A DNA stretch of 63,485 nt, the filler included, from Phoronis australis (taxonomy: Eukaryota; Animalia; Phoronida): the NCBI GenBank assembly GCA_002633005.1. It is 12 parts of 12 records of this genome, joined end to end, with 100 filler letters (N's around TTAATTAATTAA, not from the genome) between each part and the next. Parts side by side here need not be neighbours in the genome. Positions count along the whole stretch, not along the records: positions 1 to 12,411 come from NMRA01000303.1; positions 12,512 to 14,993 come from NMRA01003652.1; 10 more parts are not named here. One strand, given 5' to 3'. The position numbers and the translations under genes were made by a program. The notes under the pieces are model-generated. The model was given only the letters and a program-made list of their open reading frames with translations, searched no databases and had not been told where the DNA came from. Position 1 is the first letter of the stretch; the number at the start of each line of letters is the position of its first letter. Shown here in pieces: positions 1 through 12,610 of the stretch.

Positions 1-907
1 GAGGGGCACTTTTTTCAAAGCTGCGCCGCCCAGTGTTTTGTGCTTGCCGTCTGTTATTGTTTGTGATTGGACCATTAGGTATTACTGGTGACCTAAGCAT
101 GTGCTTTGTATGGACTTCTACGCATTACGCACTACGCACTACGTCTGAGGACGGTGCAGCGTTAAATAGCCGCTGGTATTTACAAGACAAGACAAGATAT
201 GACGGTTCAAGTCGGTAAAAAAACAACAGAGCTTTTTGCGCCGCCTAGGCTGCAACGTCAGTCAGTTAAAAATCGTGATTTACGCTTTTTTCGCTTCTTC
301 ACTGATAAATAATTGAAACAAATGATGTTTCCAGTCAACCAGTCATGTGGGCAGAGTGATTTGAACTCGTCTTACTCGTATTCGACAGCATATGTAGACA
401 ATCATCTTACACTGTTTGCATGATATTGAGGACTACTGATCAGTTTATTTTAAATGCGTTGATGCTTCCGTGGTGCGATATAAAATACTTTCTTTCATTT
501 CTTTCTGCAATACAATGTAAAGTTTTAATACATTCAGATAATTACATGTACATGTATATTTATTGCAATTACTATTTACCCAATAATTTTATTATTTTAT
601 GTTATTAAATAATTATTTTTATCTATTTATTATAATTCATTATAATTTATTTTTATTTGTTTATTATTATTTATTCACTATTACTTTATTAAATTTTTTT
701 ATTGTGTTCGCATACAGTCAACATGCTGGTTGTTGTCCGTTGTTAATATAATTATATTATACCACACAGTGTAGTAATGAAGACCCACTGAAGCCCTGTT
801 TATGGTGCACTAGTGCGTGGATTGCGTTGTTGTTGTTTACAAATCATTGACCAGCCCTGGTTATTTTGTCTCATGTACATGTACGCGTATACGCAGTTAA
901 AGCTCAC

Positions 908-1020
908 CTATGTGGAAATAATTTGGACACTATTGCAGCATTTTCTGCGCCCACTGGATGTGCCAGCACCAGTTGAACTTTGGACGTATTTAATTGTATG
1001 GTGTTTTCGTGCGATTTTGA
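908..1020 (-). CDS. Candidate downstream exon of the secreted-protein gene
   Basis: Acceptor ctaactgcag and donor GTGAGC; open in phase 0 (SKSHENTIQLNTSKVQLVLAHPVGAENAAIVSKLFPH). No recognisable motif. Confidence 0.25.
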
Positions 1021-2420
1021 CTGCAGTTAGAGGTGCATATTTTTCTATCGCGGCATGAACTTCAGTGATATCATAATTTTTGATTGCATGTTTGGTAACT
1101 TGACTGGTAATTTGCGATAGCAAGTGTTGAAAGAAATGTTCCTTTAAAGGCATGTTGAGTCCTAAATCGGTGTGTACTTTGGTAGTATGTGTTCTACCTT
1201 AGAAAACCAGTTTCACTCAGTGACAATGTCGTTTGTTTGAATTTTTGTTTTGACACCGTCTAAAATATGAAGTAGGAAAATAACGCATGTTGGCCGCTTT
1301 TTACCCGCCGATGTAAGCTTGGATATGCCTACATGTACATGTATGCGTTTATTTTTCCAATATACCGCTCATTTTATATATTATTCCAATTTTAAACAAA
1401 ATACATTTCATCAAACTGAAGTTGAAAAAATAAAATCAGCCATAGTAGTCGAACGTCTGCCATTGTTCCGTACTTCCTTGGAACACATGCCCGCTAGTTG
1501 TCGCTACGGTCCATGAACCAATAATGACGGCGGCCGATGAAATTACAAGGGCTGATGAGACTACCTTTCCTATCATCTTTGTGTGCGCAATGTTTGCAAC
1601 GATTACGACGGATGATTCTCGGGATCTTGCGTATTATCCATTGGTTCATGTGGCCAATCAGGCTTACGCACATGATTGGCTGGCGACCCAGCCTTGTAAA
1701 CTACATGTTCATGAACTCCAGCTTCAAAAACCAGCAATTGAATGGGATATACCAGCGATCTTCCAAATGGGCAAAACACTTTCAAGATCCCAATTTTTTA
1801 TAATTCTCAATGGGAACTTAATTGTCTGCAGTTACAATAGACCTACATTGTATGCACATATGTCATTCATAAACACAGTTAAATGACAAGTATAACCACT
1901 TCACACATATACATGTAATTAGCACGCTTACTTCTTAATAGTTACGTCGTCGAGCGTCACCGTGACATTATGCATTCCAGGGGCTGTAACGTTACACGTG
2001 ATGTTGTTTAGGGCGTCTTTTATGGTTACCGCATTTGACAATTGGGCGATGATGATTTGAAGATCAACCATACCTTCCTCGCTCTGCAGTAAAGACAATT
2101 AGCTGGTTTGCATTTAGACATGACACTCGTGAGAAGAGTTACTGTAGTATAATTGCTTGCATCGTTTGTAATGCCTTGGCGATTTCTCTCGGTGACTTGG
2201 GCTTTTGCGAAATTCAGGTGTCTACTGCCGAAGCCGTAATTCAACTGTCCGCTTGAAAAATGTTCACTTTAAAATTATGCTGCCAGAACATACCATCAGT
2301 TCGATTAGGCTTTCAAAGAGCTGACATATCTGTCATTCAAACAAGCAAAGACAACTTTTTCACGTGGCGTTACGAAATTGATATTAAAGTTTCTGTCTCT
2401 GCCTACATAGGTTTTGATTC

Positions 2421-2687
2421 CATGCCCGCACCCAGGGGGGAGGGGGGATGGGGCTCGGGTTGGGCTCGAACGAGCCCCCCAATTTGGCGAAGTGGGCAAA
2501 AAGGTCCGCCCCAGAGAAACAAAAATTCCGAGGGAAACGAGACGAAAGTCTACTAAAAAGGCAGTCTCACAGGTCACAGTACTGAAGATGTTACGTCGTA
2601 TTTTTTAGTCATCCAGGTTTTTGGTTAACAAACGTCCACTTGGTCAGAAACTCGAGCCCCCCAAACTAAAGGCTGGGTCCGTGCATG
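2421..2687. mobile_element. MITE-like non-autonomous element with CATG termini
   Basis: Left end CATGCCCGCACCCAG vs reverse complement of right end CATGCACGGACCCAG (13/15 identical). Internal G/C runs; no clear TSD. Confidence 0.55.
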
Positions 2688-3243
2688 GTTTCTGGACTTC
2701 ATTTGGAAAGAACGAAACGTTCGTGTTTACTTGACAATACGATCTAAAAGTTGATTTTCCACGGCATGTCATTTAATTCATAACTGACAGTTCTTTTAAA
2801 ATATGAGTAGGAAACATTAAGTTATCATAGAAATGGGTCTCAATCAAGAGTTGGTTTCCTTCATGACGGAACGTGGGTTTATGGTCACTTTACTCTTACT
2901 ATACAGCAATGTTTAACTTGAAAGTTAAAACACCTTGTGGCCCATGCGTCAAGGACAAATGAGACTGACCACTAAAACCCCCTGCAATTTTTGAAAGGAA
3001 CTGCACTGTAAACTATTTTACCAAGATAGAGAACAAATGGAGATTCGATGACTTCCCAAAGCCGCTTTGAGGTGGAGATTGCTAGAATTTATTGGTCCAT
3101 TTACCACGACACGGCTATTTCTCCGGTCATCCTCTGTCTCATAAGGTTAGCGGCCATCTTTGTAAAATATTGTAGATTTCAAAACATAATCGACATGCAA
3201 ATTACATTTAAAAATCCTATTTTATCGTTATCAAACAACTTAC

Positions 3244-3422
3244 CACATTCACGTTGCAGTCACCGGGTTTAAATTTCAGTTCATATTGACTATCTGATTG
3301 GGTGTTGTCAGAACACTTCGTCATATCAGAAGCACCATTCACTCGCACTTCCTGATACTCCACGCTACCTTGTGTAGCATTTGCTATGAATACCACAGTG
3401 CCATTACCACATTTGGCAGTAC
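3244..3422 (-). CDS. Second coding exon of the same secreted protein; Cys spacing reminiscent of a ZP-N domain
   Basis: Acceptor ctttccgtag and donor GTAAGT. The 179-bp exon starts in phase 1, matching the signal-peptide exon. It encodes GTAKCGNGTVVFIANATQGSVEYQEVRVNGASDMTKCSDNTQSDSQYELKFKPGDCNVNV. The domain call is inference. Confidence 0.5.
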
Positions 3423-5774
3423 CTACGGAAAGCGGAGAGAAATTACGTAATACACATTGAACACGCCTGAGTAAATTTAAAGGTGCCGTCTGCAAAAAAA
3501 TCACTTTTGATTTGGATTTGTTACTATTACAAAACTGGTGTCTATCGTTCCTCCCACGGATTAGACGTGGGGAAAACTGACAGTTTGTCAGTATACTCCG
3601 GAACGATCCCGACTTTCATGTCAAGTGACACGGACCGAGGGGGAGCAGTTATGCCCCAGGCCGAAGTCGGTTTGTTACGCCCAGACTGATGCTTCATTCC
3701 TCTGTTTTTTCCGAATCTAATTAGATTAAAATGTTCTTAGCTTTTATTCCGCGGCCAAGCTGGCTGGTCAATATTACCGTCTGCCAGAAGTCATTGTCCA
3801 ACTTACAGTAACAATTCCTAAGAGAATAGAAGTAGCAGGAGTTGCGCAATAATACTTTCCAAGTAGTATGACCCGAACACTGGGGATCTGCTTACTGATT
3901 TTCATTGAATTATAATATGGCATGCACGGTCAAATGTACTTGTTCAGCCCAATCTCGTACAGTAAGCAATTGTTACTGTCAATTCTGCAAAATTCTCCAA
4001 AATGACCTCGGATTTGAATGAGTATCCAGTTTAGTCCGCATTGATGAAACGAATAATTAATAATGGTTGTAAGTTTGCATTACTTAAAAGGATCCCAAAC
4101 CCGGTTTCGGACTATTAACAGATATTGCAAAACTACTTTCCCATTCAACTCTCTGAAACAAAATAATGCTCTCAGTGTAAATCTCGACAGCCCCAAAAAT
4201 CTAGGAAATTTTGAAATCTCCATCCAAAGTTTGCTAAAAGGGCGAGCGTGACATACTTTTTTATCGAATTAAAATTGAAAATATGGGAAAAGACCACCCA
4301 CCAAGAACTATAATGCCCAATCCGTGACATAGGGAGTTTTCAGTTGATTCCTGATTTTATCTTTCAATAAACATGTAGACTCTAATGATGCATTCTCAGT
4401 TGACACAACGAGGATTAGTTGGAAATCATCAAAGCTGGGTTTGGCATCGTTTTTTAAAAGAAGAGATTGTTAAAAAATCACAGTGTGACACTCTCAGTAG
4501 GCGTTTTCCAGTGTTGTTCGCGCATGCGACTTTTATTATTTTGTTCTTTCGGGCATTTGTGCTACTAAATCTTGTCAAGTAGACTTTGGTATTGCCACTA
4601 CTTCTTAAGCATCCCGTACGATTGCTCCTTAAAGTTAGTTTGCCTAGGTCATTTCGCTTCTTTTATTAAGTTTGTTAATTCCCTGTGTCGGTCTGAGTCT
4701 GCTATGTTGTACTCGTGTTACCTTGAGGTGTCGCTGTATTGTGTTAAAGTACCGTAATTCTTTGGGTATCGCGCGATCATTATTTTCCAGATACCTGGAT
4801 TTCATGATATTTGTGATTGTATTCTTCTCTTCTATTTTGTAGTTTTTCCATGCGAAATACATATTAGTTGACACATTTGGTGTATTTTGTGTTTCCTTGT
4901 TAACGTCTGGACTATCGAGGGCATAACACCCACGCACCCTACCGGTATTACCATTCAGAACTGGATGAAAATCCTACTAAATACCCATTTTCGATGCATC
5001 TATCAATTTTGAGATTGCTTGGTTAAATTATGTAGATATCTGCTGTTACTGTTTACGGAAGAGCGTCCAGTGCTTCTGTTTTTAGGAATTTCAATGACTT
5101 GGATTAACTACATCGAGCCTGAGGGTGTATAAGTTTGACATCGACCCAAAAAAGATCCTTCTTCACATGGACTGAGACTGGACCACGCCGGCGATTGAAT
5201 GAAAAATCATTGGAGTGTTGTTTCGCTACCATGAATTTGTAGCCACAGACAACCCGGCTTACTCGACTTCAAAACTTTAGAATTATGTCACGGTATGAGG
5301 CAAAAGATACCAGTTTTCTGAAGACATATGCATAGTTGATCAATAAAAAAATTATGTTTCATACGAAACGTAACAAAAACCGTAAGTAAACTAAATTTTC
5401 AACAATAAACTCTTACTTGTGAGTGCGATCATGTACATTTACAAGGTTGCGTATTGGATCTCCTGATTATAATTTTCTAGGTAGCTACACTGTTGATACA
5501 CCCCGGCGTATGTTCACATATCGTTGGTTTGGCTTTTCGTCTCTAACTTGATAATTTCTGAATATACACCCAGGGCTTGTCTACAGAAATCTCCAGCACG
5601 ATGAAGTTATTTTCTGTTGTTCAATAATTTTGACTTCACACACGATACTTCTATAATCAAATGTCAACGACAAATTTCCTCCGTGTGACAATGGCTTAAT
5701 AACGTCGTTTCGATAATGCAACAGGACACATCGATGGATAAAAGATACAAGCAATTTCAGACATAGTAACTTAC

Positions 5775-5841
5775 CAATAGGTTCAGCTTCCACCAAGTTG
5801 AAAATGAGCGCTGCTACCACCAAAAGTGTTTGCGCCCGCAT
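5775..5841 (-). CDS. First coding exon (signal peptide) of a secreted protein
   Basis: ATG at 5841 gives MRAQTLLVVAALIFNLVEAEPI(G), a hydrophobic core with a V-E-A cleavage-like site. It is followed by the donor GTAAGT (phase 1). An acceptor ctttacag lies just upstream, so the exon spans 5775-5856. Confidence 0.6.
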
Positions 5842-5883
5842 AGTTGACGATACTGACTGTAAAGATAGAAATGTAAAACGAGA

Positions 5884-6035
5884 CCTGGGTAGCGTTCAGT
5901 AGCTGTCTCGCGGCTAGAAAATCTAGCCAAAATCAGGTGTTCTCATTTAAAATACGCGGAAGTATCTCGATCTCGTAATCCCGCGAAGCCTTGCTTTCCT
6001 AGTAAGGTCGAAACGTTATTGAATTCTACTCCCGG
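5884..6035. mobile_element. Dispersed MITE family copy 1 (related copies at ~32815-32972 and ~49373-49475)
   Basis: Shared core TAGCCAAA..TCTCATTTAAAA..ATCTC..CGTAATC..GCGAAG.CTTGCTTT; imperfect inverted ends GTTCAGTA...TA(C/T)TGAA. Confidence 0.55.
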
Positions 6036-7198
6036 GTAATATGAAGCTAGTGTGATCACGTGATTTGCTTTTAATACATCGACGATATTTCGCGAAGTCT
6101 CTCGTTATCTGGCATTTTCGCCTGTTTTTTGGGTCTACTGAACGCAGATCAGGGCTGATTTATGGCGAGACAATAAAGGCACCCAGTATTTGCATTGCAA
6201 GAGAAGCACGCCATCTCAGAAGCATCGCGCCCCTGAACTGCGCGGTTGTGCAGTAGGGGGGTAATTACCGGGTTCGGTGAGACTCAAGATAAAAGAGACA
6301 TACACCATGTATACTTATGTTCTAAACTGAAAAAATGTAAATTAATACGTAGAATGACGAATTAAATAACAAAAAAGATCATTAACACAAATTTTGCATC
6401 TCTTATCGTAATTGTCAACCTTCGTGGAATTATTCCACACGTCATTGAATAAAAAACACGATGACTATTTTGATAAAACTGTCGTGTTTTGCTTTGAACA
6501 AGATTTTCTAAAAGCCTAAACCACAGGCTACGCTATGCTTGAAATACGTATTCTTATTGTCAATAAAAAGTAGACTTTTATTTACATTTCAAACAACAGA
6601 GTTATAAAATATCAATGTTAAAACACACACTTGAGATACATTTAAGATTCCCTCAGCCGCAAGACCATAAAATAGTGTAGCAAATCGTGTGTGTACTAAC
6701 TTATTTGGTGTGATTTCCAAAGGACCATGATTCTAGTCCCATGTAAAAAAAAACACTGTAATCTTATGCTAAAAGGGGCCTCATCGGCGAGAAAGGTGAT
6801 TTCATGCAATCAGCCCCAAAGCGGAATAGAACCTGCAACGGTAGAGTATTTTAAAGGTATTCATCTGGTCAAGTCGCCGGCATTTCAACGCTAAGTCTGT
6901 CAGACAACAGCGAGAATTTGCGATTTGTTATCAGAATACTAACGCGCAACAGAATTTGTCGTTTATAACTGTGCTCTTCAGCAACAGCCCTAGATGCAAC
7001 ATCTCTTAAGATCCGCATTTATACATACAATTTTCTATTAACAAAACGTAACCAATTCTCACCACGAGATTGTGCGATAACAAAACAACGCAAAAACTAT
7101 AAATGTTGTGGTCCTTCAGGGCACCGTGCAAAAAACAAAACAAAAATTACACATTACTTTTCACAAAAAACCCATACCACGGAACCTGAACTCTAAGA

Positions 7199-7300
7199 GG
7201 AGGCAGTGTGGCCTGGTTGATAAGTGTCCGCTTTCTTTACTCGAGGTCGTGCGTTCGAGTCCCATGTCACACTGCTAAACCCTTGAGCCACGTTTCTAGC
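7199..7300 (+). mobile_element. tRNA-derived SINE head
   Basis: A-box-like TGGCCTGGTTGA and B-box GTTCGAGTCCC at tRNA-like spacing, without a complete cloverleaf. Confidence 0.45.
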
Positions 7301-8576
7301 TCCTCAGCTCGGTTTTAACCACATATTAATAAAGCAGAAAAATATTTCCAGGTGATCAGTGCAATGGGCCCACATGCGAGGCCTGCGCATGTATGGTACA
7401 ACGTGTATCAGACCGCCTGCAATTATTTTTTTATAACCTGAACTCTAATCACACTGAGGTGAAATTTTACTGCGGACAAGTTGTGCGGCCCTGTCAGTTT
7501 GCTGGAGGTGAGTGGATTTCAGGTACGAGCACCATGGTAAGGTTTTTGTGCGTGGTAGGAGTTTTTGGGGTGTGCGGTAAAGGCGCGCAACAGTGTACAT
7601 CTGGTGAGTAGACTCAGAGTCACCTAACGGAAGGAAATATACATGAAACATTGAATAAAGTATATACGTTCACACACAGAAAAGGTAATTCGATGTTTTA
7701 TGGCACCGAGGTCAAGAGAAATAAGATATCGAATATTTGGAAGCAAAACATTTACTACTTTGATTTTGTAAATCGACACGAAACTTTGATGCAACGGTTT
7801 TGAAAAATAAGTTAGTACTGCCAGGTTGCATGTGCGCCAATCAATGAATGCTTCTTGGTACAGAAGCGACAAAGTAATACAAACAACGGAGTCCGTTTAA
7901 TGAAAAAATGAATCCATTAACGGATAGTTATACATAACTAGTTATGGAGCATGCCTGCAATACATCAACTCAACTACATAGACGAAATGATACATTACCA
8001 AAAAAACTGACAATGTGAGACACCGACTGCGTGCAAAATGACTCACTTCAAGCAGATGTTTACATTAAGGCAGACGTTTTTAATAAATGTCCGCAAGGGA
8101 GGTCACATATTATGAAATACGCATAAAATCACAGGAAACGTCTACACCCTAAACACCTGCTCGGGTGAAAACACTACACTGCATATGCTGGTATAGGTTT
8201 AACGTTAATATCTTTCACATTCTGATTTTCCTTTAAAAAATAAATTGTTCTCATTCATTTTATCACTTGTTGGTTAAATAACATACATGTATCAACTATA
8301 AACGTAGACCTGTAACGTATACATCAAAGACATTTCACCTGAATGGTAATATGGTAATAATGTACAATGACTGGCATTATAAAGGAAATAAAACATACAA
8401 ATAATTGGCATAAACATTACGCACAGGTAAAAAGCCAATCCAAACAAATCTTAACTTAAACTAAAATACTGGACGAAACCTTCTCTCCTCATAGAGACAG
8501 CTTAAAAGTAACGCCTACCCACTTCTTTTGTTCGAACTGCTTGACGATTTGCGTAGTAAAGAATGGCAAAGCTTAC

Positions 8577-8701
8577 CTGAGATTAATAACAACACCTGTT
8601 GCGTTGGTGATGTGTCTTCTTCTGGCGAAAGGGTGGGGTAACGCTTGTTTATATCATTTCACTGAAAATGGAGCGACAGGCTCGTTTTAAGTACGTCACG
8701 G
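8577..8701 (-). other. Candidate non-coding 5' UTR exon upstream of the signal-peptide exon
   Basis: Strong acceptor (cttgtttatttcag) and donor (CAG|GTAAGC). The ATG exon at 5856 begins with an acceptor, so an upstream exon is required. Confidence 0.3.
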
Positions 8702-10812
8702 CTGAAATAAACAAGTAAACAACGTTCAGTTAAGGAACGCCCAGACATTACTCACATGACTTCGCTGGCAGTATTACGTGATTTACCCATTTACTGTTAA
8801 GATAGACTTTCCCGCCAGCTCATTTGACGAATATGAAGTTGTTATTGTTTCAATATTTCTGATTTCGCCTTTTTGATGTTTTGTGGAGCAAACCTTCGCA
8901 TGAAATAATTGAAAAATCTAGTCATCTTGCTTTTAGGTTTGAAATTCCTAATTTCAGATCTAAGTTATTCATCCCGTGTTTCCTAACAGCAGAATGAAGT
9001 TACTCAGGTGATGGTACGCACAAAGCTTTCTTAAAAATCAACAAAGCTGTTGCATTAGATAACAACACTCTCTGACTGTTTATTTTGCCCTGAAACGCGC
9101 CCAGCATTTACTATGCTCACTATGATTACTGTAAAACCACAATTTTTGGTCACAACCGAGACGACCGCAATCGCCACCGTCGCTAGTAATTAAGCTGGAC
9201 TTAATGAAACGGCGTTTGCCTTCGAAGAACTTCAGCTTAAACCATGTGTCCCAAAAACTTCAAACAGTGAAGGGGGTGTTATTTCAAAAGTTTTACATGT
9301 ATCAACATAAATATGTCTACTATCAGAGTGTGTTTTGGAAACAAAGAACAAATATCACGTGACTGGAGTTTTAAATTAATAAAACAGTACATGTACTGGA
9401 GCTAACCCGTGCAGAAGACAGCGTTTAGTTTGTAGAATGTATATCTAACAGTGTTCAGAATGTGTCAACAGTTCGTACATAATGTAATACAATTATAAAG
9501 TAAATAAATAAATGAAGATACTGTGAAGAACGACACTTGGGGAAATCTACTGAAAAGGGGAACTTGGTGACTGTGGCAGCCAAACTTCTGACGACAAAGT
9601 TCACGACACCTGTGTGGTGCAGGGGACGAATACGAAGAGCACAACATAGCCTCCGACGGAGACAACAATACCGACAGCGCCGCCAGCCACCAGGAACAGC
9701 AAGTGCGAAGACAATGACGCCGTATGACGCCAAGCGAGGGCAACGCCAATGCATCCTAAACAAGCAAGAACCGCAAATATTGACGACATCATTCACATAA
9801 AACCACAGCCAAAACAGATATGTCAACAGCAGCAACCCCACTAACACCAATAACGCCACCTCACGCACATGGCAACAGCGAGGCCAATGACGATGAAGTC
9901 GTCGACACCCACAATTACACTGAAAGTTACATCATCGGAATCATCGTCATCATAGTCGTCATCCTCAAAGGACCACAACACGGCAGCCAACGCTGTCACC
10001 GTCAATGACGCCGGAAATATCAACATAGATGTCAGAATAAAGATTGATCAAATACAGAGAGTTCCATTTATGTTGCCCAAAATGTGTGCATAAAAAAACC
10101 ATGAGTTCAAACGTGTTGACATGTATTTGGGCGTCAATATTTATTTTTACAGTGTAGATGATATTTACCACTTTGGTTCTGGGTCCATGCTCTCTAAATA
10201 TTCTAGAAATGTCTGAGAGCAAATCGTAACAGCGAGTGATATGATTAGATAAGGTCATGCGGTTTTTATCCGCCAATCTTTAAATAAGTGCATTATTATA
10301 GTTTGGGCAGAAGTTTGGAAAATACTCAGACGGGAACAAGCAGAGCGTGCCCATAAACAAGATCTGAAAACGGCAGAGGCTTCATGGGAAAAGCATAGCG
10401 GACTCAAGCTAATGGGATTTAGAAGCAGAAGACATAGCAACTCCAGATTGAGCTCAAAGCGACACGGGTGATGGTACTTGAAGCAGTTGTGTATGTACCA
10501 GTCGTCCCAAACTGCCAAGGTTCTACAAGCACGCCGATGACATGGGTTGTCGTTTTTAGGGAACGGGTACCTTCCAAAACAGTACACGGTTAACAACTGT
10601 TAAGAAAAGGATGGGTAGCAACGGTATCAGCCCACAGTCTGGGACAAAATCTTATCACAATATAAATTGCAAACAGTTTTAAGACTGCTTAGCACGGCAC
10701 CTGTTCGCCACACCACGTTACCAAATGAATATAATTATTCTGAAAAGATTATTGCTCTCACCGGCACTCGAACCCTGGTTCTTCGCTAGTCGAAGAACTC
10801 AGAAATCAGACT

Positions 10813-11203
10813 TAGTAAGTAATAGTAAGTAATTTTTTATTTTAGTGACTTGTGTTCAAATGAATTTAATCAATAAATTCGTCACAAAACAGGAACACCC
10901 AGCCCTCCACGGGGCTTATAAGTCTATTTAGATACATGATACAAAAGAAAAAAAAAAACAAGTGTACACGCATTGCAGGAGGACCAAAGAGAACACAGAG
11001 ATAAGAGTGATTATAAATATGATTTTTCCTTACTTCAAAATATTTTTGATGAAAACTGAAGTTTTCTGATAACATTTTTTGCATGATTGTAATTAATTTA
11101 CATTCGCAGCTTTCAGCACGAAATCGTGGATATTCAATCTCAACTTAATAATAATAGGTGTTTCTGGCATCTAAGAAAAACGGTCACTCAAACAGAAAAT
11201 GTA
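10813..11203 (-). mobile_element. 5'-truncated, decayed copy of the RTE-X-like LINE at 53655-54278
   Basis: Reverse complement aligns by eye with ~53884-54278 (ORF end FEVRKN.IY, 3' UTR, (TTAC)n-like tail). A 34-bp block is identical between the two copies. Confidence 0.85.
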
Positions 11204-11755
11204 CTTGAATGTATTTCTTTATTTCTATTCCTCAAAGTACATGTACACTGTACACATCGATAACTCAATTGTATGCAGCTGTAAAACATGACTAACAAAA
11301 TCATCAACAATAGCCACACTGACAAACGTTGATTGATATACCGTAGTAATATTAATAAATTGTGTGAGTGCGAGGATACTGTAGGTATTGCTTTTTCTAC
11401 CAATGTAAGTTTTTCCTCGATCAGCTGTCTGCGTTATATTTATTGTTTAAACCAGCAGCCTTCAACTTGCTGTCGCGTCAATACGTAATGAGTAAGAAAG
11501 ATAAATTCACAATATTGCAAGAAAAATACCAACTGTTCAAAACACGTTCACTGGCACAGTGGGCATTATTGTAATCACAAAGAATCTCCCTTTCTTCATT
11601 GCCACCATTATTGTGATCGCTGGCTCCAGTATTATCATCACATTCAACACTATTGCTACCGTATGCACCGTTATTTTCATAGTAACTGCCAATAACATCA
11701 AAATCACCCCTAAAATCCCACAGTCACCACTTTCACCATCACAGTCAGCATATTT

Positions 11756-12172
11756 ATCGTAATCTATTTTGCCCGGGGTACGCCACGAGCTATGTTGCAG
11801 AGTAAAACAAGAGGAGGATTGCGAATAATGTCATTTATTATGACGTGAATAGATAAAACTAACTAAGACTCTGCAAGATGGGCATGGACAAAACGCCATA
11901 ATGGCAGCACTGGAATGCTGACATCGTCCATCCGAGGAAGCGGAACCCGGGCAATAACAAGGTTAGACTATGAGAAAATATAGGTACTAATAACGGTATA
12001 ACAGAAAACTAGAATACAAAAGTCGAGAATATAAAAAACAAGAACATAACGAACTGGAAGTAAAGGTAACTATAACTAATGACTAGAAATTGAAGCCTGC
12101 AACAACAGACTTGCGAACGGGAGGAGGCCGGCTGCAATAACAGACCTGACCTAGGGGGCAAATTTACCAACA
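11756..12172 (-). mobile_element. Candidate solo LTR or other insertion interrupting a (CAY)n low-complexity tract
   Basis: About 420 bp of distinct composition between two ATCACC-rich tracts. Minus-strand ends TGTTGGTAAATTTGCCC...GGGCAAAATAGATTACGATA with an internal AATAAA. No TSD seen. Confidence 0.25.
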
Positions 12173-12411
12173 CGCCACCAGCATCATCATTACAGTGACT
12201 ATCAATACCATCAAAGTCACCTCTATTACCATCTCGGTCACTACTTTCACCATCACAGTCACCACTTTTAATATAACAATCACCACCTTTATTGCCACAG
12301 ACCCTACAACCTACCCTGTCTACACCAGTACTAACGCCATCACCATTTTACCACCAGTCACTGGCACTGGCATCACAGTTACCTTAATTAGTATCACATA
12401 CATTCATGCTG

Positions 12412-12511
12412 NNNNNNNNNNNNNNNNNNNNNNNNNNNNNNNNNNNNNNNNNNNNTTAATTAATTAANNNNNNNNNNNNNNNNNNNNNNNNNNNNNNNNN
12501 NNNNNNNNNNN
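12412..12511. other. Artificial contig spacer (44N-TTAATTAATTAA-44N); also at 14994, 18041, 22771, 32227, 39200, 42656, 46242, 49197, 53555, 61233
   Basis: Identical 100-bp construct occurs 11 times. TTAATTAATTAA carries stop codons in all six frames. Confidence 0.97.
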
Positions 12512-12610
12512 CACCATACATGTATTAGTGTTCATCATACATGTATCAGTGTTCATCATACATGTATTAGTGTTCACCATACATGTATTAGTGTTCATCA
12601 TACATGTATT
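12512..12610. repeat. 21-bp minisatellite (CAYCATACATGTATTAGTGTT), about 4.7 copies
   Basis: Direct tandem repeats visible, starting at the gap edge. Confidence 0.9.

Noticed and set aside
1524-1886. 120-aa plus-strand ORF
   Set aside because: No recognisable motif, and it lies antisense within the probable span of the secreted-protein gene.
9455-10026. Overlapping hydrophobic and Arg/Thr-rich ORFs
   Set aside because: Explained by degenerate (CAA/GAC/CAC)n low-complexity sequence; no domain motif or coherent splice structure.
11559-12411. Thr/Ile-rich mucin-like or membrane-like ORFs
   Set aside because: Degenerate (CAY)n trinucleotide tracts produce such frames by chance.
12456-12467. 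Regularly recurring TTAATTAATTAA motif between N runs
   Set aside because: Artificial six-frame-stop contig linker, not biology. Adjacency of features across these spacers is not trustworthy.
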